Source: Mytilus edulis
Taxonomy: Eukaryota
Direction of reading: 5' to 3'
Length of the DNA: 64,000 bases
NCBI RefSeq assembly: GCF_963676685.1
Contig: NC_092345.1
Location: 4,588,001 to 4,652,000 of the forward strand
Each line of letters opens with the position of its first letter. The first letter of the stretch is position 1. The position numbers and the translations under genes were made by a program. Positions 37,957 to 49,700 of this stretch are shown here, piece after piece. The notes below the pieces were generated by a model that was given only the letters and a program-made list of their open reading frames with translations, did no database searches and had not been told where the DNA came from.

Positions 37957-38533
37957 TTAATTTGGTATAATTATTTTGTAATAGAAATCTTTACTCAATC
38001 TAGAAATGCTACTGGAAATGTTAACTTAATCTGTTTATATAACATTCAGCCTATACCATACATATAACAAAATTATATCTATAGACTTTATACATAAAAA
38101 AATCATTGTACGTACATAGTAATGTTTCTTGTGAAATCGATAGTTTTTTTTTTAACTTATAATATTTTTAGATAATCGTCAGATTGTTGTTTTATTTTGG
38201 CATATTCTATTATTTTTCGAAATTCTTATCACTCGAAAAGTAATAGATTTCAAATGGATAACATTAGAGAGGTGTGGGGCATGTGATTAGTTTTACAGGC
38301 CCTAGGGGTACATGTACCATGATTTAAATTCTACTTTTCTTTGTGATGGTATTTTTTAAAAATACTCTTAATAACTTTTTTTTTTTTACATCTATGATGT
38401 ATAATTGTAATACATCCTGTTTTGTGATATTTAAATTTATCTTTATTTGATTTTGTTTCTTCAAAATCCTTATCAGAAAAAGAATAAATTATAAAAGTAT
38501 TTATCACATATTTTTTACGAATACGTTGGATAA

Positions 38534-39055
38534 GGTAAACGGACAGAAAGTCACAGGACAAAAAGTCACAGGACATAAAGTCACAAATTTGATAGGACAA
38601 AAAGTCACAGGACAAAAAGTCACAAATAGTTTGTTGACAATTATTTGAATATATAAGAGAAATATCTTGAAATATTTACTTTTTAATACATATATTCATA
38701 TTAAAGTGTAGGAAATGTGTCATTATACTTGAAAAATGAAGATTTATTTAATTTTAATCATGCAAAGGGTATATTTCTTGGCACAATAAAGCCATTTAAG
38801 GGAAAAGCCACATTGACATTTTGTTTTTTCAACAATTATTTGATCATCTTTGATATTTTTTGGATAAATTTTGTTTACAATGTTGGTTTATATACAATAG
38901 TTCAAGAAAAATACATAAATATTTTTGTAGAAATAAGTGTTTTTTATTCAAAGAAAATATTCAGAAAAAATGAATTGTGACTTTTTGTCCTGTGACTTTT
39001 TGTCCGTAACTTTTTGTCTGTGACTTTTTGTCCTGTGACTTTCTGTCCTAAATTC
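38534..39055. mobile_element. Mutator/foldback-like MITE with 9-bp TSD
   Basis: GTTGGATAA at 38525-38533 and 39056-39064. The inverted ends are built of 15-bp GGACAAAAAGTCACA subrepeats. Confidence 0.85.
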
Positions 39056-39059
39056 GTTG

Positions 39060-39492
39060 GATAATATCAGATGATTAAATGGCATTTTTCATATCGCATG
39101 TATTATCAACCCTAGGTTCAATATCAGCCCAAGATCAGCATGGCTCGAGGTCTGATATTGATCGAGGGCTGATAATACATGCGATATGAAATATAACATG
39201 TTATGATCTTTTTATCATATGCTTCAACAAGAAAAATAACAGATTCATATATTGATCCGTTTAAGTGGTTCCCAAATAGAAGTTCAAAGAGTGAAAAGTT
39301 CACGGACGTCGGACCCCAAATTTAGTACATTCGATATGAAATCTATCTATCATATGCCTCAACAGAGAAGAAACATATTTTAATAAGCACGATTCGACAA
39401 AAATATACATAATGAACACTGTTTGGAAAAGTCAACTTTCTAAATTATGTTTGAAACTTTTAAAAATGCATTTATTAAATAATTTGTTTGTT

Positions 39493-39527
<35 letters not shown>

Positions 39528-39835
39528 TATTTTACACAATATACTTTCCAGTATCCAAATAATTGTATTGTAATGTTTTTCATAGAGAACAACAACAACA
39601 ATACTTTATTTTAAGAGAGAACGTAGCATTGAGGTGTATTTTCCAGAATTTGCCGAGTATCACCGGAATGGCATGCGATAACGTTATGGAAAGGCATGTG
39701 ATAACAATCGAAGCATGTGATAATATCAGATTATTACATGGCATTTTTCATATCGCATGTATTATCAGCCCTAGGTTCAATATCAGCCCAAGAGCCGCAC
39801 GGCTCGAGGGCTGATATTGACCGAGGGCTGATAAT
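39060..39835. repeat. ~659-bp-period direct repeat, each unit carrying a ~105-bp palindrome; runs into the assembly gap
   Basis: Hairpin TTTCATATCGCATGTATTATCA...TGATAATACATGCGATATGAAA at 39087-39191, repeated from 39746. Confidence 0.7.
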
Positions 39836-39935
39836 NNNNNNNNNNNNNNNNNNNNNNNNNNNNNNNNNNNNNNNNNNNNNNNNNNNNNNNNNNNNNNNNN
39901 NNNNNNNNNNNNNNNNNNNNNNNNNNNNNNNNNNN
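39836..39935. other. Assembly gap (100 N)
   Basis: Run of exactly 100 N. Confidence 1.
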
Positions 39936-40714
39936 TATGATTTTAATAATATGTAATATTGTATAGGTCATTCTTTCTTAAATATTTATATAACTATTAG
40001 TACTGAATTTGAGTGAATGTTAAATTAAAATGGGTACGTTTTTTGAGGCAAAAATGGCACACCTCTACAAAAAAATATCGAAGTTACCAACCCCCCCCCC
40101 CCCCCCCCCCCCCCCCGTGATATAATCTAAGGGAGTGTTAAACCATGATTAGCATGATTACGTTTAACAATACAACCGGAAACCCAACGGTTTAATCTAT
40201 AAAAAATATTTAACAGATGAGCATTTTTTTACTATACGAAAAGTGGATGCATTACAAAGAACTTTCATTTACCATTGTTTACACATTACTTATATATCTG
40301 ATGTTAACTGGGAAACATACCATACTTATCCACATAAAACTAACTAGACCTAAAGTGTATCAATGTCATTAATGCATTATAAACTAGTAAGTAAAAAATG
40401 AAAACCAAACAAATTGATCAATTCTGTATGAATCATTAAGTTCAGTATAGTATTTAGAATTTTGTAAACACTGCAGGTACATTGTAGGTATATTTTTGAA
40501 AATCAGCGGTGATTTCCATATTGTGGATTCTAAAATTACCACCACTGCAAAACATACTATCTTAAATTGTATGTGTTTATAAATAGAACACTGTAAAAAT
40601 TGTCATTAACACGCGAACACTAAAAATTATTTTACTGTACTTTGACCATGTTGACATGTCAAATGCATATCATATAATTATGAATTACATTTGTATTACT
40701 TAATATTTTTTCAG

Positions 40715-43700
40715 GGCCAGAGGATTAGAGCTAGAAGACAAGAAAAATCCAGACTTCTAACTGAGTCGGTTAAACAATCACAGGGTGATTCTGAATATTC
40801 AAAGGTCACTGAATATAAGGAACAGACTGGTACCCAAAGTAATCAAGTTCAAGCCACTAGAAAAAGAAAGCATGGTGAATTATCTCCCTTCATCAAAGAG
40901 GGTGGAAAACCATCAGGACAAGTTATCTCCTCTTTGTTCAGATTTAACCCAGAGATTCCTAAAGTTAAAAGGTTTGATATTTGATTTTTTTATGAATAAT
41001 TTTTTAAATGCAGTGAAACAATTGTGATCGAGATTTGTGTTCTTGAATGTTCTTCAATATATATATGTTTATTCATATCATTACTTTGGATGCCAAAAAT
41101 ATGAAACAGACTTGAACTTATAATACCATTGTTTGTCTTTTTTTTATATATTTGAACATACTTAAGCATGTTAAGTTTGAAAGGTATTAATAAATAAGTA
41201 AAACTGTAAAATAAAATTATTTACATATATTTTTAGTATATAGTTGAGTTGATTGACTATTTATTGATGTATTTTACTCATGTACAAATTTAGGGTACCA
41301 CTTGTACAACATAGCGAGATTACCTTTTCAGTGCGATAGAGTTAAACTTAGAGAACAGACTTTGCTCATTCGTCTTTTATTTTTTGATTTCCCCTTTTTG
41401 ATATTAACAGACTTTTATTTGCTAATACAATGTAGAAGGCATATGTCAGGGCAAACAGGATTTTCTCAAGTAAAATGGAAACTTTTTTTTTAAAATTTAG
41501 AATATAATCATTTTCAGGAAATATACTTAATAAACAAGGTTCTTCTTTAATAGTCAAGAAATATTCTATATTTTGTTAAAACACGGTCACCTAATAGTTA
41601 TATTCTTGTGTTAATACATTTGTATTTCTGAAGAGAAAAACCTTGAAATAAATGCAAAGTAGTAGAGTTCATTTTAAATGTTCTGTTATTGATTCATTGA
41701 TGTGCTTCTGTCATCTTTTTCAGTCAACCAATATCCCTCAAAAAATATAAAACAGCTCTGTGCTATGTAATAATGAAGTGACTAGAAACCTTAATGTAGA
41801 GAATTGTCCTGAAAATGCACGAAATATTTACTACTAAACATTCATCCAACAGCAAGTAGTCCTATTATAAAAGGGACTAATTTGAGACCCTTACCTTACA
41901 TTCTCCAGTATAAAAGTGACTAATTTGAGACCCTTACCTCACATTCTCCAGTATAAAAGTGACTAATTTGAGACCCTTACCTCACATTCTCCAGTATAAA
42001 AGTGACTAATTTGAGACCCTTACCTCACATTCTCCAGTATTTGTTTTAAACTTTTCAGTTTGAAAGTGGACTTTGTCAAGGAAGATGTTTTCTCATCAGA
42101 ACATTTTAGAGATTTGCCTCTTCATCCATATATGGTAGGTAACTATACTTATCTATGCGGTATGGGTTATGCTTATTGTTAAAGTGAGCTATAGATGTTT
42201 ACTTCTATGTCCTTTTATCTCTGGTGGCAATTATACCACATCTTCTTATTTTTATATTAAACAAATTCATTCATAAATTTAATGACAAGATCTATAGCAT
42301 TCTCTTTTACAACTGTCCTTGTTGATAAATTAAAAAATTATTCATAAAGTAATATATATATACCATGTTTACGCTATGAAAACTGTCCCCGCTTAAACCT
42401 GGGATTGTTAACCAAATTGATCACCACTATTTTCACTAGTCAGAATTGAACACCACTTTGGCCCCAAAGACACATTTTCAACATACCTTTAACCAGTATT
42501 TGTCCACTGGATTTGTTTGCATTCTTTGAATCACAATTGTCTTTTTTCAAAGTTTCACTTCAGATATTGGCAGATGTACTTTAAAATAGATTTCATAAAG
42601 CAATGTCATAAAAAATGTTTAAATTACACAAGGTCATACCTTTCTCAGAAGTTTAATCCCTTAGACCTGTACTGATTGTTAGTATATCCGTATCAATGAG
42701 TGGGTGCTATATTGGAGTGAACTAACCTTGTCCCTCAGTCTTTTCTGCTTGTCCGGCGGTTCTTCCTACAAATATTTCTGTCACACTATTTTCAAGTACT
42801 ACAGAACAGAATGACTTTATGTTTGGTCAACAGCTTAGTAGTGATAAGTTGTAATGTATTATCACTTTTCAAATTTGTGAGACATCTACTTCCTTTTTGC
42901 TGATACTTTAATTTTTTTCAATATGGTGAAGGGATTGTAAGTTCTTTGTCACAAATATCTCAAATTCTACCAAACAATATGACTTCATATTTGGTCAGCA
43001 GCTTAGTAGTGATGAGTTGTAATTTGTGTGTGCTTTTCAGATCTGTCAGACAGCTACTTATTGTTAACTGATACTTTATATTTTGAGGTGTGATATGCTT
43101 ATCACAACAACATATGCATTTCTTTTTAAGTATGGGAAAACACATACTTTATTCATTACCTATACGTTGTCATCCCTCAGTCTATTAAAGAACAGGTTAT
43201 TCTACACTTATCAGACTATTGCAATGTATTTGTATATCTTTCAGTGTAAAGTATTCAAGTATATACAACACACAGTAATGTATTGTTTGCAACAAACTTT
43301 TTTTTAAACTTATTGTGTTTGATTTTACAGGTATCAAATTTGGAGGAAAAAATTGGGCATAAGACAATGACTGCTGTCCAGAAACAAACAATACCTTATG
43401 TAATGCAAGGCAGAGATGTGCTGGTGAAATCCCAGACAGGCTCTGGTAAGCAGAGAAAAGATGATAAAATTATTGAATTGATTACCTATTTAAACATAAT
43501 TTAAAAGTCATTGTCAACTTTAAATTTGTGGGATCAAGATAAGTTTAAACAACAACAATGAAGGTACAATTTAACATTCTTTTAATTAGATTTGAGTTTT
43601 CCCATCCATAGATATCCTGAGTTCATTTGAAATATAACCATAATTTATAAATCGATATCAGACATGAGTATTTTGCATGTACTATATTTCATATTTCACA

Positions 43701-46700
43701 GCAGAATTGATGTTTCTGTGCATTTCTCAAAACTTCTGCTGCTCCAATCCAAGGAGCCTTTGTTTCCAAGTTGTGGTCCAATTTTCCTGCCCTTCATCCT
43801 GGTTGACATCCCTTGCAAAACCAATCTATTATATTTCTTGTTTATCTATTCTCGTCCTGAATAGACATGAAAAATTGGCCACTGGACATTAAGCAAGCAA
43901 CAATCAATCAATAGCAAGTTGGAATTTTTATGCCCCACCTAGGGTCATTATGTATTTAGATCTGTGTGTCCGTCTGTCCCGCTTCAGGTTAAAGTTTTTG
44001 GTCAAGGTAGTTTTTGATGAAATGAAAGTCCAATCAACTTGAAACTTAGTACACCTGTTCCCTATGATATGATCTTTCTGATTTTTATGCCAAATTTGTG
44101 TATTGACCCCAATTTCACGGTCTACTGAACATCCTTGTACTAAGGACACATTCTTGTTTTTCCTATCATTGCCTGTTTGTATTTATATGTTCACCCCTAT
44201 TACATTACAAGTTGAACAGTTTATATGTGGTAATAATTTATAAAGTAAAGGACATTTTATGTAAAGATTTATTCCTTTTTTAGGAAAGACTTTGGCGTTT
44301 GCAGTTCCTATTGTGCAGGCTTTACAGAGTATTAGTCCTAAGATTCAAAGAGTACATGGGCCATATGCTATAGTTATTGTTCCCACCAGAGAGGTAGGAA
44401 TTTATTGAAATATTAGTATGCTGCATATATGTGATTTAGAACTTTTTGTGACATTCAACTGTGTAACATTTAACACTACCTCTCCAGACGGATTCTTTTA
44501 AGATACTTTGAACTTCAGAACAAATGAATGTGGAACAGAAAGACATAGTAATATTTTCCCTCCTTCTGATCATCTGTTAAACTTTGAATATTAAACTTGA
44601 GACTTCTCAAAATTAACTATACCTAGTAGAATTTCTTGTTCAGTTGATTTGAAAATTCTTATCAGAGTTATGGGACTTTGACCATTTTAGCCTTGTTAGA
44701 ATTATGACAGCATAAAAAACCTTGTGAACAATACTCCTCTAAGATCAAATGTCAAAAAGGTTATCCATAGCATGTTACTCAATATGTGTAGTTGACCAAA
44801 CTATATTGCTTAATCCAATTATTCAACTAGTTAAGGGAATTAGTACATCTTGTTTCTTGCCACCAGGCAGAAAAAATAGGAAAGATACAAAAGTCATGTA
44901 GGTAAACAATTTTTTTTTTAGATATTTACATAAAATGTATATAAAGGTTTTAGGGTAGGCAGAGAGGCAGGAAACACAAGTATATTACTTTGGCCTCTGA
45001 TCCATTTGGTGTTGTCATCAGGTCAGATACCTATTATCATCTCCATGCATTTCTGTGAAAAAAGTGTTCCCTCTACTACCCACCACCTACAAGGATGGCT
45101 AGCTTACATTTTGGAAATGCTTCAAATCGGTTTGCTGTAATAATCTTATATCCTGGATGATTCTCCTACGAGAGAATGTATACTTTTGTCAAAATTTATT
45201 GCGTCTGTTGTTCAATTTTTTTACAATTTCAATCAAAAGGAACAGAAGTTCATGGGCCTTTCATACAGTAAATTCTTGAAATTGTCACAACGTTAGAACA
45301 CAATTCTTGCATTGTGAGATTTACAAAAAATGTATTGTGACTTTCAAAGATACACACTTGAAATGAGTCACAATATTTAAATTTTTACAGTTTGGGTCAC
45401 TCTGAAATTACCTCAACACTCCCCCTAAAAGTCTTGAAGATATTGATGAAACTTAACTTAGTTGTAAAATACTTCTAAATGCAAACATGATAAGGGGAGA
45501 TAATCAAAACTTATTTACTTCAATATTGCAATTTATGGTAAATTTCTATTAAATAGTTAAACAGATATTGATGAAACTAAAGAAAGCTGTAGAATACTAC
45601 CTGACGATAAAGGAATATAATCTAGGTCCAAAATGTTAAAGGGTAGATTACCAAATTTGAAGGGTGGGGGAATCCTTTTATGAGTTCACTCACAAGTTTT
45701 AGTTATATATTTGTTTTTATCAAACCATTTATGACTACAGAAAAGAATTGTTTCATTGAAATTGAAATAAATGTAGTTACATTTATATTGATTAACCATG
45801 GTTTGAACATTATTTTGTGGTGTGTATCAAATGAATAAATATTATTATCATTTACATGACATGAATGGTAAAAAAAAACAAAGTCCTCAACCCTGACAAC
45901 TATTTTTTTGGGGTGGTGGGGGATGGGCTAAAATCTACACATTGTGTTCATTTAACATACTAGTATTACAGCAGGCCATGTTTATGTATAAACCCTTTTC
46001 CTATTAGCTGTAAGTTGAATATAGAATTTTTATCAAAATGTATAAATAACATTGTAATGTTTCAAAATCAATATTGCGAAGGTAAAACAGTTCCTCGATT
46101 TTAATGTTTTACTTGAGAAATTATTATTAAAATGCTTGACATTTATTTAATAGCCATTTATAAAACAGAAACATCTTCTCTCAATAGATTATCACTACAC
46201 TCAAATAATACAAAAATTACAATATACAATTATGGCCCCTAGAAAAGGTGAATATCCAAAATTGTCAACACGAGGTTATGTCACTGAGGGCGCAGCCCAA
46301 AGTGAAACAATTTTTTAGGGTTGACAATTTTGAAAATTCATCGCTTTTAAGGGGCCACAGTTGTTTTATTATACTGAACTAACAGTGGAAGGGCCTTTTG
46401 AACCATTGAAAAAGCACTTACCTTACTGTATAACAAACACAAGTTAAAGTTTGAAAATTAATTTGTGTCTTAAAATTTCTCGTATGTACAACAAAGGTAG
46501 AATTTTTTTGTAAAATATTGATGGCCCTGATAAGGACGGATTATAAGAGATATCCTCGGTACTAGATGCATATCCAAAGCATTGTTTCCTCGTCACTTGA
46601 CGTGGTTCCTGTAATGTGAACATTGTGACATCATTTTCATGGGAGATAATTCATGTACAAATCAAGAAACTCAAAAGGTTATTCGCCAGTGAATAATAGG

Positions 46701-49700
46701 GTCATTCACCGCTGATGTTAATTTTTAAGGTTTTTCGTCCTTCTTTGCAATTAAAAGAAAATCAACTAAATTATTCCATGTCACGTGATAACATGTTACC
46801 CAATAGAATTGTTTATAATATATGTAAGGTATAATAATAATTCTTATTCAAACAATTTGTTTCAATGTCGTTTAATGCATATATTTATATCATTGTTTCA
46901 CTCTACATACAAACAATATATAGTATTTCAGATATAAAGTCAAGTTCAACACTATTGATAGAATTCATGTATTTACAATTGAAATTAGCTTTTTTATACG
47001 CCCGTTTACGGGTCGTATTATTGTATACCGTTTGTCGTCAACATGTCGGACATTAACTCAAAAACACTTTTACTAATTTGCATAAAACTTTGGTGAATTG
47101 TTTAAATTATATCTATTGACGTCCCTTTCGTTTTTTATAAATTTTAGATTTTACGTTTTCCGAGTTATGGGGTTTTATTCATTAAAAAATGGGGATTTTC
47201 CAGTTTTCGGATAATAACTCAAGAATGCTTTCACCAACTTGCAAGAAATTTTGGTTAATTGTAATATCTATTGATGTAAGCTCCCTTTAGAATTTTATAA
47301 ATTTTAGATTTTCATTTCCGAGTTATGGGGTTTTATTCATTAAAAAAGGGGGGATTTTCCAGTTATGGGACAATAACACAAAAATGCTTTCAGCAATTCT
47401 TATGAAACTTTGGTGAATTGTTTATATCTATTGATGTAAACTCCCTTTAGAATTTTATAAATTTTATTTGTTTATAGTCTGACAACAGATTTACTTAGTA
47501 TTGCGCAACAGCACAGTGTATTGCACAACATCACAGTGTATTGCACAACATCACAGTGTATTGCTCAACAGCAAGAAATCTTTAATTGAATATAAATTCA
47601 ATTCATATAACCAATTTCAAGTTCTTTGACTACATTTATTCAGAAACCTATAATATATCAAATATTTAATTACAATCCAAATTCAGACCTGTATCAAGCT
47701 TGTATATTGTGTCCATTTTTGCCCCAATTGTTCAGGGTTGGACCTCTGCAGGCTTATCCAGCTAGGCTCAGCCAGGCAGTTTATTGATAGATAACTACAA
47801 AATGTAGTTATAAGGATGAATGAAACAAGCTGAGAATACTGGTACTTCAATTTCCATATATCAATAACTACATGTGCACAGCATGGGCTTTTATGTATAA
47901 TTTTTTGAAACCAAGAAATAAAATTATATACAAAAATACAATGTTTCCTTAATGCACTAAAATAAGAAGTCAGGAAAATAAATGTCATATAAGATAAACT
48001 CAAGTTAGTTTAGACAGTCTTAATCTGGCACTGGTTTGGTTGCGCACATCTAAATCAGCAGCCTGACTTAATAATTGTCTTGCTTTGTTTGTATCCCCCA
48101 TCATCTTGTGAGCTATACCAATACACATAACACATTGTGCTGCACTGAGACTGTCTAATGTGTTGTTATAAAGGTTTTCCCTGATTTTGTGCAATAACCG
48201 AATTAATGAGACTTTACATGATGTGATGTCATGAAGATTGTAATAGCACAGAAAACACAGGAAATTGGAAAACGATACAGGATTAAAATGTGTCGTACCT
48301 TTAACAACATCTAACTGTAGTTCTGATGGAACAATTGATGACATATATTTCAGTGGTAATTCTAGAATTAATATCGTTTTTATCATTTTGCCAAATTTAA
48401 CTTGTTTAATTAAATTTAACGTAGATTTCTGGTTTAGATTTAAACTGTTTTGCCAAGGATAAATTTGCTCACTTTTGAATTTTGAAAAAGTGTAATTTAT
48501 TATAGTTAAAGCTGCTAAGTAGTTTTTATGAACATAGAAGTAAGAGGCCAACATCAGCCATCCAGATACGGCATCTGACATCGTTCTTATCAACAAATGA
48601 CTCAGGTCATGTTTGCTCTTGTGATATTGACGTTTGTTGTTTGATCTGGGTCGATTTTGTGAGGCATGTGAAACTAACTGATGTGCGTTTGACAGTATTA
48701 CACAAAAGATACCTTTTGATACAGAAGTACTAGAATGATGTAGAAATGTAAACAGCAGCTTGGTAGGATGTTTATGAGAAGTCTGAATTTTCATAATATC
48801 TTGAATTAAAGTAACCTGTTCAATAAACAATGATTTAGTAACTTCACAGGGTGGTATAGAAATATCTATCAAGGTCTCCGATTGATTGAAACAGTGTATT
48901 CCTTGTTCATATAAGTTCTTAAGGACATTGGTCATTTTAACTTTGTTTTTAGTATTGAATCTTAAACAAAACAAATTATTGTCAGGAATGAAATAATGTA
49001 ATAATGTTTCATATTCTACACAATACAAAAGTCTCTTTAAACAAGCCATGAAGCATGGTATGATGTTGTCTGGTCTCCATATTGACTGGTCTGATTCTTC
49101 TGATATCCAAAACATCAAAGTCTTCAGAAAATAGGAGCACAATAAACCATTCAAGTCTTGATACTTATCTACTATTTCTTTGAGCAAAATTTTTAGCAAG
49201 GCATAGCATAATAATTGAGTATGACTGAATGAAAATATGAGAAATTTTTCTGCTACAGAAAATGATATTCTCCATTGGAGATTTTCCTTTAAGGACCCTT
49301 TGAAGCCTATTGGAACAAACAAAACTCCACAGGAGGTTATTTTGGAAATGAGTTCAGGACAAGGCCATGTTGTGCGTGGCCTTATGATCCAATGTTGTGC
49401 TTGAGGTATCCACTGGTTACACTTTAGGCTCCAAGCAAAGTCATGGCTATCTGTCTGGGATGATATGCATGGCCCATGAATTTTAAGGCTTTTGCAAAGA
49501 ATACGTTTCATGTTGTATAGTTTATAAAGTTCACTGGAAATCTTATTCTTCTCAAAGATTAGTTCAGGAACTAAATGTAAAGTGGGGTTTTTGAGAAGAC
49601 GAAGTTCTGCAAAACATGGAGGTGTGTCTTCTGTATCCATTACCAGAGGAATCCTCTCAAATTGGAAAACAAAATCTGTGTCCGACTCATAAACAGTAAA

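Larger units (their letters stand above)
18911..38497. repeat. Tandem segmental duplication, copy 2 (~19.6 kb, expanded by TE insertions)
   Basis: Starts CTGTAGAATGG (=CTATAGAATGG at 8939) and ends AGAATAAATTATAAAAG at 38497 (=18910). Confidence 0.9.

Noticed and set aside
8939-38497. Duplication as a pure haplotype-assembly artefact
   Set aside because: The junction is in contiguous sequence without a gap and cuts mid-gene, and the copies carry reciprocal TSD-flanked insertions. A real duplication is favoured, though read-level confirmation is still needed.
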